A stretch of 60,637 nt of DNA, filler included, from Hausera hauseri (lineage: Eukaryota), in the NCBI GenBank assembly GCA_046269625.1. It is 11 parts of 11 records of this genome, joined end to end, with 100 filler letters (N's around TTAATTAATTAA, not from the genome) between each part and the next. Parts side by side here need not be neighbours in the genome. Positions count along the whole stretch, not along the records: positions 32,279 to 36,491 come from JBJURY010697326.1; positions 36,592 to 41,641 come from JBJURY010351268.1; positions 41,742 to 46,954 come from JBJURY010306054.1; 8 more parts are not named here. One strand, written 5' to 3'. This document shows positions 33,473 through 46,500 of this stretch, in pieces. Both the position numbers and the translations under genes were made by a program. The notes beneath the pieces were generated by a model. The model did not search any database and was not told the DNA's origin. It was given only the letters and a program-made list of their open reading frames with translations. The number at the start of each line of letters is the position of its first letter. Position 1 is the stretch's first letter.

Positions 33473-36400
33473 TTACGAAGTAAGTGGTGAAGGAGCAGTA
33501 GATGGAAGTGAGGATAACTGATTGTGACGCGAAAACAATTGCTGCAACGGATCAAAATCGTCGAGGAAATTAGATGATGGCTCGAGTGAAGCGAAGTTAG
33601 AATTAGGATTAGAAACAAGGCAGTTATCCTGGTCATCGTCAACGAAGAATGCTGGCTTAAGATTAGAAATGTGTACATTTTGATGTCTATCCTTGCGTAA
33701 GATAGTGGCCGTATGAGACGAAAGGTTGAGTAGTTTATAAGGGCCAACGTATTGAGGCCGAAAACCCGAAGGCGATTGATCCTTCAGCCATACAAACTTG
33801 GCTGAGTATAAGTCCTCAGGAATATAAAATTTGACTTTATTTATAAGACGGCAAAAGGCGTTTGAGTTAACATCAGCAAAGTGGGAATTTGCCGCATGAA
33901 TAACTTCATCAGACGGACTTTCATGGAGATTGTAGAGCTCAAATAGGGCACGAATTGGTGTCACAAAGATAGCCTCAACTGGAGAAGTTTGTGGTGGTGG
34001 ATGGCGTGTTGCGCCAACCGAGTAGGACAAGAGGAAAAATTGAGGTCCAGCCACGATTGCTATTCGCCAGGATATTCAAGGAAATTTTCATGGTACGGTG
34101 AAATCTTTCAAGAAGACCATTTGCTTGGGGATGGTACGGTGTTGTATGAAAGCGGCCATCCCCGTGCTTTACCAGAGATTTGAAAAGATCAGCTTCAAAT
34201 TTCGGACCCTAATCCGTTGTGACGTGGTAAACCAAAACGGCTGATCCATATTTCGATAAAGGCATCTGCTATCGAGTCGGCATTGGTTGATCGTAGAGGA
34301 ACGGCTTCCGGCCAGCGAGAAGCGAGATCCATCATGGATAAGATGTAGTGATAGCTGTTGTCAGATGGCAAAGGACCGACAAGATCCAAATGCAGTGTCA
34401 AAACGGGACCTACAAGGGAAGTGATAAAGTGGTGGCTTGAGGTGTTTATGGACCTTGTATTGCTGGCATGATGCACATCCCTTTACCCAGATCTGTACAT
34501 CTGTACGCATAGTTGGCCATACAACGTGGCGTTGCAGTAGGGGAAATGTGGCTTTTGAACCCGGATGATGATGAGAGTGAAAATGAGTAAAAGCCGTCTT
34601 TTGGAACGATGGAGTAAGAATGATTTTTTTGTTGGTTGAGTTGGAAGTGTCATAGGGATGCCATCGATAATTTCAAAAGATTTAAAAGCTTGAGGAATAT
34701 CAGATGATGCCTGATTGCTTCTCAGGACCACATAAGAGAAAATTGGCTGAACTGTATTGAGTTAACCGACCGCGACAGAAAGTCTTCTACTAAATTATAT
34801 GTGCCTGAAATATATATTTCATGGGAAAACTAAATGTCGTCAGGTAAGATATCTGTCGTTCTTTTCTCGGCGATGGATGTTTAACGTCATTATATGAAGT
34901 AGAGGCTTATGGTCGGTTGGATGGTAAATTGACATGACAGAAGGAAATTCCTAAAATGCTTTACAGCTAGAACTACAGCCAAAAGTTGACGATCGAATGT
35001 TGAGTATCGGCTTTCTGGTTGCGTGAGCTTTCGGGAATAGAATTCTAATGGTTCATCGACGCCATTGTATATTTGGTGTAATATCGCACCAGTTGCTGTG
35101 GTTGAAGCATCGGTAGTTAATATTAGTTCAGCGTTTGGTTTTGGAAAGGCCAAGATTAACACAGTTTTTAGACCTTCACGAAGGCGATCAAATTGGTTTA
35201 CTAGATAGGGAGTCCAATGGATTAATTGTCTTTTCTTCCCAGATGAGAAATGTGCAAAAGGTGCCGTTAGTTCCGAGCAGTGTGTCACGTATTCGTGTAC
35301 AAAATGCAATGTCCGTAGAAAACTCCTCATATCTGTAGTAGTAATTGGCAACGTCACATTTTTTAATTGTTGTAAGCAATCAGGGGGCGAATGCCCTTCA
35401 GGAGTAATTATGTGGCCTAAGAAGTTGACTCGTTTCTGGAAAAAACTGCATTTGGCAAAATTAACTTGCAGGTTGCTTTGATGCAATCTGTGGAAAATAA
35501 TCCTAAGATACTCATGATGTTGTGGTATGGAGCTGGAAGCAACTAATGTGTCATCTATGTATGGGTGAGCAAAATCAAGACCAGAAAGAACGGTGTCAAT
35601 GTGGTGCTGAAAGGTCTGAGATGCGCTACGAAGGCCGAAAGGAATGAAACTGTATTCATAGAGACTAAATGGTGTGATGACAGCAATTTTTGGAATGCCA
35701 TCAGGGGCAACAGGAATTTGATGGTAGGCTTTGTGCAGATCAATGGTAGAATAGGTATTTGTGTTTTTGAGGATATGAAGAATATCTTTAATGAATGGTA
35801 TTGAACAGGCATCTCTAATAGTCGATAGTCGCCACATTACCTATAGGTACCATCTTTCTTTATCAGTACAAAAAGAGGAAAAGCCTACGACGGGTTCGAT
35901 CGCCGAATGATGCCAGACCTTTCCAGTTCATTAAATTCCTGTTCCACAGCTTTACGTCTGCATGGCGACAAAGGTCTGACCTTTTGTTTGATCGGCCTCT
36001 GATGCTCTGTTACTATGTGACGATAAGTTGTGGATGGAGGCTTGAAGTTGACGTCCCTTTTAACTACGCAAAAGCAAGACGTTGTGACGTATAATTTAAG
36101 ATTGGAGTCCAGAAACAAAAATGAATGAGGCATATCATTAGATAGAACAGCTCCTGTGATTGACGAAAAGAAAATGGCATCGATACTGTCGACGCCTAAT
36201 TTGGATTTTTGTTTTAGAATAGATTTATGATTGTCTTTCGTAATTGAAATATTACCGACTTTATCGGAAGTTTTTTATAGACGACGAAGCGTTCAACATA
36301 TTCACAGATGAGTGTAATGAATTTCTCGCTAAATTGTCTACGAGACGCATGTTTGGAGTTGCAATCAAGTTCCTGCTTAAGACATCCGTATTTTCAATCG

Positions 36401-36491
36401 ACCAATAGATCATGTGCAGCAAGGAAATCTGAGCCTATTATCGGAGATTTATTATTGGCTACGTGGAACTTCCAGACAAACTTATCTGGCA
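33473..36491 (-). pseudogene. pol: Decayed CsRn1-type pol (protease end, RT, RH, IN)
   Basis: IIGSDFL; DLHKAYHQIPV; YIDD; LTTDAS; LDLVGPLP; YVGPY. Many frameshifts. Confidence 0.88.
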
Positions 36492-38329
36492 NNNNNNNNN
36501 NNNNNNNNNNNNNNNNNNNNNNNNNNNNNNNNNNNTTAATTAATTAANNNNNNNNNNNNNNNNNNNNNNNNNNNNNNNNNNNNNNNNNNNNACAGAAAAT
36601 CTAAGAAAATATGCTATGAAATGCTGAGGTGAAAACGCCTACAATACTGCCCATCACTAAAAATACAGCAATGAAATCAGTAAGAAAGAAGAGAAACTGG
36701 AAAATGGAATTGCTGCGATAAAGTTCACCGTCTCATTCTAAATCTGAAAATTGTATAGTCTTGTTGGTCGTGTGAAACTGTGTAATAATCTGTCGCTCGA
36801 AGTCAGTTGAATCGTTAGAGGAATTTGATATCGTCCAAGGAAGTAATCCGTGGTCAGAAAGTCTTATCGTTGCAAAAGTAGTAAAGTTATTGTTATTTTA
36901 AATAAATTTTACTGTATTAAATTTTTCATAGTTTACATCGCTCCTTAAGGAAGATTAGAGTTACCCTAAGTCACAAAATTACCAGTAAATTATATAGGTA
37001 AACAGAGTTTACTTAACCTAGCACAGGATAACGCATTCAGTACATGCATGCATTAAAATCTGAGCACAAATAGCTTAACGAGATCGTTAAACCGTTCCTA
37101 TATAAGTACCAACTAAATTCAATTGTAAAATATTGTTATGGTATGGCAATGTTAGGTCTCACCGAAACTAAGAAATACAATATCTTGTTAATCGTATAAT
37201 GCGAGATCAACTTACCCAAAGGTGCATCAAATAGGCGATATACTGTACCTTATATTAGATTTCAAATAACTTCAACTTTGAACAATGTACTGTGTTCTAA
37301 ACACTGCCTTAAAATGTACATGAATATACATTCAATTTGGTAATTACTTTGTTACTGTTCACGAGAATTGTTTAAAAATGAAATTTGACAAAAAACGAAT
37401 TATTATTGTTACAACAATTTATATTTAAATGCAATAAAGTGTCGATACTTTTAGTAAATCATTTGATAATAGTAACCAGAAAATATGTAGACCTCGACCT
37501 CGAACAAATAATTTAATAGATTTGATAAGTTTGAGATAAAAGAAATTTAATAAAATTGGGTGTTTAAGAAGTCTGGGTTCTTGAACCTCAAACTTATTCT
37601 TACTTAGATCAGTGTATATAGTTCGAGGTATGTATCTCCGCGAACCAAGATAATTTATTTACTCTTAGAAGCCGCCTGTGGTGTCGGCCTAGAGATAGAA
37701 TTAATATGTTCGTGAACTCGATCACCAGGAGGAACACTGGTGTCTTCTCCAGATTTTAGATGAGTTTGGCTTTGTACGGATTTTTATGTCCGTAAGAGAA
37801 ATAGGGCCCTTTTATTAGCTTAGTAAACGATCTTATTACTATACTTTTAATAAAGTCTTATTTAAGCTACTAAAATTACAAAATCAGAAGAATGAAGGTT
37901 ACTCTAAAAATTTGTAATTAAATAGAAATCAATAAATAATCTTTAAAAATTAATCAAATAAAGGACAAAGTCAAAACAAACCATAAAACTTACAGGAGTG
38001 GTAACTGATGTGCATAACAAAAAAATCGTGAATGAAAAATTTTGTCTGAGTCTTTATTTCTAACACTGAGTTTATATATCCCTTTATTTTGAAACCATAA
38101 TCAGATCAAAATTCCACACAGGTTCTTTGTAACATAAAACAAATCGTATGGAATAAATGTAAATTGAAGCAAAATAAATAACAAATACAGACAATAAATT
38201 CAAATTACAATAGCACACAAAGAATTTAAAATAAATATGATTAAATGGCCTACACACTAAATGAATAAGATGTTTATATGAAGGACAGCAAATAGACATT
38301 GAGAGTCTACATATGACACCAAATCAATG

Positions 38330-39691
38330 TCAACAGTTCGTATCATCAACGATTTCATCAACAACCCCCTCCTCAGACAATGCTGTCCTCAGCATTGCTG
38401 GGTAGGTTTCCAGTGTACCATTTTCCAATCGATAAGTGGATGAATCATAACTGCGCCATTGGCCTCTTTTTTTAAATCTGAGTTTCAAGGTAATCGTTTC
38501 TGCTTTCGGAATCTTCTTCCTTTTCCTTTTTGGATCTGCCGTTATTGTTTTATCGGGTATAATAAACGAAGTTGATGTAGAGGGAATTGGTTCTTTTAGT
38601 TGATCATCTGTGTCAGAAGGTTTATTAAAATTAGAAGAGAGTTCTAATGATGAGGTAACTATAATGTCTGTTGCTTGGGGATCAATATCCATAGATTCAG
38701 AAGAAATGTTACTGGCACAAAGAATAGGTGATTCAAGAGGTTGATTTGGAACTTCACGTGTGATTGGCGTAGACTTTACACCTGGTTTTTCGTTGTGGTA
38801 TTCTTCAAGGGTATTGTACATTGTTAATAGAACGAGGGCTTTATCTTTGGTTCTCGTAGGATATTTAATATTATTGTATTTAAGAAAGATTTGTTTTTGA
38901 GTCAACGTCTGATTTGGGTTAATATTTTCATTATAAAATAGGTCACGAATGCCCATTATTTGATCCAGATTGAAAAGGGCAATTTGAAAATTAGTATTAA
39001 ATACGGTCATTCCAACGATCATCTTTCCTACTAATTGGTATCGGATTGTAGGCCAAATTTGATATTGGTCGGCTTGGCCGACTAAATCTGATTCTCTAAT
39101 TCCAGTTATTTGAGTGTTGTAATTGTCAACACGTTCTCGAGGGGCAACAAGCTGATCGAAGATGATCTTTCCGTCTAAGTCCATAATTGTAATTTCTATG
39201 AGAGTAGCTGCTGATTGGTTGCTTTTCATTAGGTAGGCAACGTTAGTAGACAAAATTACGACTTGATTTCGAGGGACTGTAGATACTTTGGAAAAAGAAC
39301 ATCCGGCTTCTAATTGTGTTTTATGGGGTAGAGGTAGATTATAAATTGGTGCGTCATACTCTGGGCGAGGTATAGTTTCTCGTCGGGTAACCTCAATATA
39401 TACAATAGGGTTAGGTCCTCCGAAGGTTCGCAAAGTGATAGTTGCATTCTTGTATAGACGTTGATCGAGTCGAATAGTAGAAAAAGGTATAATATCCATC
39501 TTGTCAGTCATATCATTTCGATGACTTCTACTTTTTAGCTGTAGATTGGCCTTGATAACTGATAGATAGACGGACGTTGTTTTTGTAGATAGGTCTATCA
39601 AATCGGATAACGTAGTTGTTGTGTTAGGTAGTTTTATGATTAGACCTGCTCTTTGCGTCACCAAATGTCCTTTTAAGTTATTTGGTATCAA
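38330..39691 (-). CDS. Degenerate DEDDh (REX4/ISG20-like) exonuclease-domain protein of the large Gypsy lineage
   Basis: LIEITIMDLDGKIIFDQLVAPRERVDNYNTQITGIRESDL...LVGKMIVG...IRD follows the REX4 pattern, but ExoI DxE reads LSTN and the ExoII/III D and H are absent. In frame with the upstream ORF across one TGA. Confidence 0.8.
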   Translation of the reverse strand: MIPNNLKGHLVTQRAGLIIKLPNTTTTLSDLIDLSTKTTSVYLSVIKANLQLKSRSHRNDMTDKMDIIPFSTIRLDQRLYKNATITLRTFGGPNPIVYIEVTRRETIPRPEYDAPIYNLPLPHKTQLEAGCSFSKVSTVPRNQVVILSTNVAYLMKSNQSAATLIEITIMDLDGKIIFDQLVAPRERVDNYNTQITGIRESDLVGQADQYQIWPTIRYQLVGKMIVGMTVFNTNFQIALFNLDQIMGIRDLFYNENINPNQTLTQKQIFLKYNNIKYPTRTKDKALVLLTMYNTLEEYHNEKPGVKSTPITREVPNQPLESPILCASNISSESMDIDPQATDIIVTSSLELSSNFNKPSDTDDQLKEPIPSTSTSFIIPDKTITADPKRKRKKIPKAETITLKLRFKKRGQWRSYDSSTYRLENGTLETYPAMLRTALSEEGVVDEIVDDTNC

Positions 39692-41641
39692 TCAGGCTTT
39701 GGCGTAATATATGTAGTCATTTCGTTGCGTCGATTCCAAATTGGAGGATATATTGTAGTAGAAGGACTTGGCCCTCTCTACTGTTTCGGCACCTTCTTGA
39801 ACTAAAAGGATATAGTACATCAATAATAACCATGGAAAGCTTTTTAAGAGTAAATATATGTTAGGTTGCATAGAACTTTGCAGCCTGTAATTTTTATAAT
39901 TATTTTTGTAGGTCGCTAAGAAATTTGCAGCCTCATTTTTCATATGCGTGCACATATATATTGCAACATCTATTGACGGTTTAGATTGCCGTTTGAAATT
40001 TGATAGCTTGTCAGCTTGAGGGGGCGTACTTATATTATCAATTAAATCCTCATCTTGGGATCCTTCCCTTAATAATTTTAATTGCTGTATCATTTTTTTG
40101 GTTTTGCGCATTCTATATCTTATTTTAGAACAATAAATTATTATTGGTAGTAATATAATTATTAAGACTAAGAGAACTCCTAAGGTGATGACCATCCAGA
40201 GATATCTGTTGGAATTTTCTGTTAGGGTTTGTATAGTGGTTGTTTTTATAACTTTTGTCGTGACGACCATTGTTGATTTTAACGTTTTTTCCAGTTTTCT
40301 AACAGTCTGTAACGTCTGTCCGTCTTCGTCTAATTCCATTATGACAACTTCATAGTTCGTATTAGCATTTAAAGGCATGCAAGCTGATGTTGGCTCTTCT
40401 GGAGTTAAAACTCCTTCACTTACAACTTTATGGTTGAGGTGACACTCAAATTTTATGTTAGTGTTTCTTAGATCAGATACTGTAATAATTAATGAGTAAG
40501 TTGTTGGTTGGATAATTATGTCCAATTCTTTGATATTCTTCTTTAGTTCCACAACTGGACTGGTTGTCTTTTCGTATAATATAGTCAATATACTTGGTTG
40601 TGTTACCAAGATAGTTATTTTTTTCGTTGAAGTAGGAATTGCCTTTACCGGGGATCTTACTATTATTTCTGGACCGTCTGCTGTTTTTGACCATGTATAC
40701 CCATCATACGTGGTCCAGTAGTATATAGTATATTGTTTATTGAAGACAATAGGACAACACCTGTATGGGTTCTGGTAATTTGGTTCACAGTGTATACTAT
40801 CAGTTCCATCAAATATTATGTACTTAAATTTTGTATACTCTGTAATTACAACATCCGGTTCCGCAGTTACACAGGGTCCGTCCTTCATGACCTTAGTGTA
40901 AAATGTGATAAGGAAGTATGGTCGATGGAAATAATGTGTAGTACCCGGGAATGAAAAATATGTTCTATAACTGTGGTCACTTTTGCCAGTTGCATATTGA
41001 ATCCTGTACGTTTCTCCAAATGAGAGTCCACAGCAAGTATGTATTGAATGATTGTGATATAAATCACAATTTTCTGGCGTAGCTTTTTCCACTATAGGTA
41101 ATTTTGATATGAATATGTGTATATATTCATCTATCGTTAAGTTCCGGTTAGCTGTAATTTTTATACATGGATATTTTCCAACTTGTACAGCTTTATACTT
41201 AACATCCAAAGATTGGGTCGATACACAGGTCATTAAACTTAATATCATAAGAGTTGTTATTAATGATAAATTAGGGTTTCCACTTCTAATTCTTGATTCT
41301 GTTGGAGCCGGCTTGCATCTGTTCACATGAACTTTTATCGGGTCTATTTTGTTCCTTTTATTTTTATTCAAATAAATATTTGTTTCGTCCACTTTTTGAA
41401 CCATATATGGACCTTTATATGGTCTGTCTAACTTTGGTGTTCTGCCTTTCTTACTCAACGGCGTGTGCAGCATGACTTTGTCTCCAGGTTTGAAACTATG
41501 GGATTTAGCTTTCTCGTCATATCTATTTTTATAATCTTTTTGACATATTTTTATGTGTCGTGAGGCCAGGTTCCACACATATCCGAGTTTTTCTTCTAAT
41601 AATTCTCTATACTCCATGTCCTTTAGATGAGACACAGGCAT
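39692..41641 (-). CDS. pol: Integrase C-terminus fused to signal peptide + three FN3-like repeats + TM + tail (sister of element 1)
   Basis: KLDRPYKGPY...VHVNRCKP; LSLITTLMILSLMTCVSTQS; repeats PC...C...CC.L.FG..Y; PLNANTNYEVVI; TM YLWMVITLGVLLVLIIILLPIIIYC. Confidence 0.88.
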   Translation of the reverse strand: MPVSHLKDMEYRELLEEKLGYVWNLASRHIKICQKDYKNRYDEKAKSHSFKPGDKVMLHTPLSKKGRTPKLDRPYKGPYMVQKVDETNIYLNKNKRNKIDPIKVHVNRCKPAPTESRIRSGNPNLSLITTLMILSLMTCVSTQSLDVKYKAVQVGKYPCIKITANRNLTIDEYIHIFISKLPIVEKATPENCDLYHNHSIHTCCGLSFGETYRIQYATGKSDHSYRTYFSFPGTTHYFHRPYFLITFYTKVMKDGPCVTAEPDVVITEYTKFKYIIFDGTDSIHCEPNYQNPYRCCPIVFNKQYTIYYWTTYDGYTWSKTADGPEIIVRSPVKAIPTSTKKITILVTQPSILTILYEKTTSPVVELKKNIKELDIIIQPTTYSLIITVSDLRNTNIKFECHLNHKVVSEGVLTPEEPTSACMPLNANTNYEVVIMELDEDGQTLQTVRKLEKTLKSTMVVTTKVIKTTTIQTLTENSNRYLWMVITLGVLLVLIIILLPIIIYCSKIRYRMRKTKKMIQQLKLLREGSQDEDLIDNISTPPQADKLSNFKRQSKPSIDVAIYMCTHMKNEAANFLATYKNNYKNYRLQSSMQPNIYLLLKSFPWLLLMYYILLVQEGAETVERAKSFYYNISSNLESTQRNDYIYYAKA

Positions 41642-41741
41642 NNNNNNNNNNNNNNNNNNNNNNNNNNNNNNNNNNNNNNNNNNNNTTAATTAATTAANNN
41701 NNNNNNNNNNNNNNNNNNNNNNNNNNNNNNNNNNNNNNNNN

Positions 41742-42330
41742 GCACATGTGCAAGTGTGCAAAAATCAATAATATCGGATTTCCGATAATCCCAATATTGA
41801 TGATTAGCACCCGGCACCGGGTGCAATCGAAAGCACACATGATGCACTGTGTGAATGTGCAGTTAGAATTTAATTATATTGATTGGTTTTCGAATAATTG
41901 CCAACTGGGACAGACTCCCCATACGCCTTTCCGCTAAAAAATGAAAATCAATAATATCAATATGCCACATATACTGACGGGTAGAGTACTTGATGTACTA
42001 TCGTTCAGTGAAATAGTCGAATCTAGTGTGCTCTTGTATACGGTTGCTAAGGCACTTTTTCACTTTTCACATATTTGTCACTGTGCAGCGTAGGATTGAT
42101 GGAATCGATTGGGGTCAAGTGCAAGTAGATAGAGCACATCGAGATGCACCTTGATATACACTGTGAAGTATAAAAGCATGTGCAAAAGTGCAAAAATCAA
42201 TAATATCGGTTTTCCAATATTTCCAATATCGATGATTAGGATATGTGACCGGATGCATTCGAACACAAACATGGTGCAGTATATAAATGTGCAGTTAGAA
42301 TTTAAATTTATCTATTAGTTTTCGAATAAT
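41742..42330. repeat. Tandem copies (~430-bp period) of the TGCA/TCGA-rich repeat
   Basis: gtgcaaaaatcaataatatcgg at ~41756 and ~42189; same family as 13411-13990. Confidence 0.85.
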
Positions 42331-42399
42331 ATCGATCCAAAGTGCAACTGATGCAAACTTCCCATAAGTTTTTTAGGTCCTAAGGAGTCAAAATTCGAT

Positions 42400-42765
42400 A
42401 TTATAATTGGCGGGGACGGAGAGGAAATCGAATATGGCGATCTCGAATATCGAGTCAGATATTCGAAATTCGAATATTTTTGAGCTCGAAAATCGAATTT
42501 CAAACTATTCGAAAATTCTAAGAACGGCAATCGATTCTTCATATATGAAAGCCCCCTTATGCATTAAAGTTTTTCCATGCAAATGTACTATATAGATAAA
42601 AAATCAATATTTCAAATGAAACAAAATCTGCATTTAAAGCTCAGTGAAGCGGAAACTAATAAATCTATAAGCGGGGCGAAATATGATGTTAGATATTCGA
42701 ATTCGAGCTTATAAGTCGAATACTTAGCTATTCGAACTCGAATATTCGGTCAAGCATGCATTATT
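42400..42765. repeat. Cluster of TATTCGA/TCGAATA motifs (possible DNA-transposon subterminal repeats)
   Basis: Dense short (A)TTCGA(A) motifs in both orientations at 42425-42515 and 42690-42750. Confidence 0.45.
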
Positions 42766-43038
42766 CTAAGAATCTAATGACGCCATTGGAAGCCCCGTGA
42801 TCAAAAACCTTAAACGTAGCGCCACCATGCATTTAATTTAATTGAGACATTAAAACCAAAGTGTTATAACAAATCAATAATCGGGGCAGTACATAGTGAT
42901 ATGACTATATTTTTCATTATTTCCAAAATCACTTCAACGAATGGTGAATTTTTTAATTGTGCTCCTCAAATAATTGGTTGATTTTTAGATGTGTAAACTT
43001 TACAGAGAATGCTAGGCTCAAATCCATGAGCCTGAAAA

Positions 43039-43511
43039 TTGCCACAGTATTATGATGAAATACTTAGCCATCTTTACAACAGGGCTGAGTATTATCTATG
43101 CCCTACATGTGAGGTAGTGTGCCAAACCAATTATGAAGACTTTTACAATGTCCATGAACAGCACTTGATTTTCTTCACCAAGTCGAAAAAACAAATATTC
43201 AGTACCAATATGCCAATAACGACTTTCGTGCTAAAGGAAAATCAAAGATGCAGTACATGTGTATTGCATATGTACAATACACAACCCTCAGAATTTCCAG
43301 TACCATGAGGAGCTATTATGGACACAAATTCAATAGGATCATCTATTATACTTGCCCAGGATGTGGCGCTGTATGTGATACAGAATACATACAGTTTTAT
43401 GATCATAACAAAAATCATTTGATTGACTTAACATCAAAGTCAAAGATCATCCTTAATGAACATAAGCCAATTGCACAGCCTGCAGTCCCACAGCCTGCAG
43501 CAGCAGTATAG
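43039..43511 (+). CDS. Small tandemly duplicated CxxC...C...H putative zinc-binding ORFs upstream of pPolB
   Basis: YNRAEYYLCPTCEVVCQTNYEDFYNVHEQHLI and FNRIIYYTCPGCGAVCDTEYIQFYDHNKNHLI are clear homologues. Confidence 0.55.
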
Positions 43512-43557
43512 CCTGATGCAGGACTAAAACGCGCATCATACCCATCAGGCGCATCAG

Positions 43558-46500
43558 ATGCACCGGCTCCATCAGAGTCAAAGACAGCGGTCAGTTAATG
43601 CTGCAGCATTAAAGAGGAAATGCCGCAAATATGTCCTTCATACAACTGGTCAAATAACCATCAAGGAGTTCCTGAAGTACACAGAGGAAGAAACAGAGGG
43701 AATTCTCCAGGACAATAGAGCTGAGCTCAAGAACATTAGGGCAAATATGAAACGTGAGGCCACATACGTCAATGTTGATGGAGAAGAGTCCAAAAAGGCC
43801 TTCAAGACCCGAAATAGGCCCATTTTTGAAGCCACCAATATAGTAGAATGGCCGCATGAAGAGCATGCAAAGCTGATCCGTGAAGCCGATGAGAGCCAGA
43901 GTAATAAGAGCGGATGGACTCTGGCAACTATCAAAAAATTGCTTGTGTATGTGCACAGATTCTCACCCATGCGGGGTAGTTCATATATTCAGCTCCCTGA
44001 TTGGATCGCTAAAAAAGCATGCCAATGTCCTTAATAACGACAATATGCGTTTCATGTATGCCATTCTATAAAAACTCGTACCGGATCAACATAATTCTTC
44101 ATGAGTTTGGCAATATAAGGATGTGCAGCACAACTATGACTTCCAATGTATCACATTCCCTCCATTCTTAGATGAAATTAAGAAGTTCAGTCGAATCAAC
44201 AACATATCAACCAACATCTTTGGATTGGATAAAGAGGACAAATTCTATCCCCTACAGATATATGATTATGAATGGGAAGATCATAGGGATCTGCTCCTAC
44301 TAGATGATGTGGAAAAGAAACATTATGTTTGGATCAAGAACTTTGAACGTCTAGTCAGATCCCAAATTACGAATCATCATGGACAAATAGAAATATGTAA
44401 GCGATGCCTGTCTCATTTCAGTTGTGATTCAGCAATGGACAAGCTTGCAGTGCACAAGATGTACTGCAACAACAATTACTGTGTCAGGCCAGAATTTCAC
44501 AAGGAAGACTATATTGAATTCAAGGAGTTTGATAAGAAGATCAAGGTCCCAATAGTTATCTATTGCGACTTTGAAGCTATTCCCCGGCCAATTCACAACT
44601 GCACTCCCAGACCTCAACATAGCAACACAACGGCATACCAATATCATGAAATCTCATCGTATTGCATGTATGCCAAAGGACTGGACAATGAACCATTTCT
44701 ATTCAGGAGTCCAGGCGCAGAAGCACATTTCATGAAACGACTTGAAGACATGGCTCATAGGCTTGAAAACATGCTTTATCAGTATAAAGATAATATGAGA
44801 ATGTCTTGGATGTAAGAAGGTGAATGGCGCAAAGCAACAACCAGTTACTTGTTCGACAAGTCCTTCACCATGGAAAATCATAAAGTCATGGATCACTCTC
44901 ATTTTACAGGCAAATATAGAGGTGCAGCATGCAACATCTGCAATCTTCGCTGAAAAATATGCACATATGTGCCTGTAGTGTTCCATAACCTCAGTGGCTA
45001 TGATTCCCATTTCATAGTCCGAGAATTAGGCAACTTTGCTGGTAATATAAATGTAATCCCAAAGAGTAAGCAGAAATATATCACTTTCATTAAGCATGTG
45101 GGCAAAATCCGACTACGATTCACAGACAGTTTCCGCTTCATGAGCTGGTCACTGGATAGTTTAGTGAAAAACCTCTCTGCAGAAGAACTCAAGGAGACGA
45201 AGCGATTCTTCCCCACTGCATTTGACCTAGTGAAGAGGAAAGGCGTGTTTCCCTATGACTACATAACTTTATGGGAAACACTGGATGAGACCTCATTGCC
45301 GGGCAAGAAGGACTTTTACAGTATTATCTCTAATTGCGATGTCAGTGATGCTGACTACCGGCATGCTCAGAATGTCTTTCATGCATTCCAATGCCAAACA
45401 TTAGGGAAATACAGCGACATATATTTCCAAACCGATGTACTGCTGCTGACAGATGTCTTTGAGAGTTTCAGGGATGTCACAATGAAGTGCCATACATTGG
45501 ATCTGGCTCATTTCTTTACGGCTCCAGGGATGAGTTGGGCAGTTATGCTGAGATATACTGGCATAAGACTGCAGATCATCAAGGATTATGACATGGTCCT
45601 TATGATCGAGAGAGACATTAGAGGCGGAATATGCCAGGTCATTCATCGGTATAGTGAGGCCAACAACAAGTATATGACCCAGTGTGATCCATCCAAGAAA
45701 CCCTCATACATATAATACCTGGACGCCAACTACTTGTATGAATGAGCAATGAGCGCCCCATTGCCATATGATAACTTCAAATGGGTGAAGAATCCTGAAA
45801 ACATCCCCATATTGGATCTGGATCCCACTGGAGATACGGGTTACATACTGGAGGTGGATGTGGAATATCCGGCTTCCATCCACGCAAGGCATCAACAGCT
45901 GAGAGCAGGCCACCGCCCCATGGAAAGCATAAGAAGCTGCTCTGTCATCTGGTTAATAGGGAGAGGTATGTAGTCTACTGCATCACTCTCCAGCAGGCAG
46001 TTAGACATGGATTTCGTATTACCAAGATCCATAGAGCCCTCCAGTTCAGCCACTCCATGTGGCTGAAGCCCTACATAGATCTCAATACCAAGCCGCGGAA
46101 TAATACCAAGAATGACTTGCAGAAAGACCAGTTCAAGCTTTACAACAACTCGGTCTTTGGCAAAACCATGGAGAATATCTGCAACAGGATCGACATTGAG
46201 CTAGTATGTGACTGGAAGCGCGAGATGAAGCTTATTTCCAAGCCTAACTTTCACAGCAGCACCATATATACCGAGAACTAGGTACGTATCCACATACTGA
46301 AAACAGCATTGGTATTCAACAAGACCATATATGTGGGTATGGCAATACTCGACCTGTCAAAGACCCTAATTTACAGATTGCATTACGACATTATGGTCTC
46401 CAAGTTCAAGTCCATGCATCTGATGTACATAAATACTGATAGTTTCATCTAACAGATCCAATCAGAGGATATTTATGGGGACTTTGTCCAACTGGCTCAA

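Noticed and set aside
36592-38100. PPT and 3' LTR of the sister large element (AAAATAAAGGGA near 38080-38090, minus strand)
   Set aside because: No unambiguous TG...CA boundaries and no second copy to confirm.
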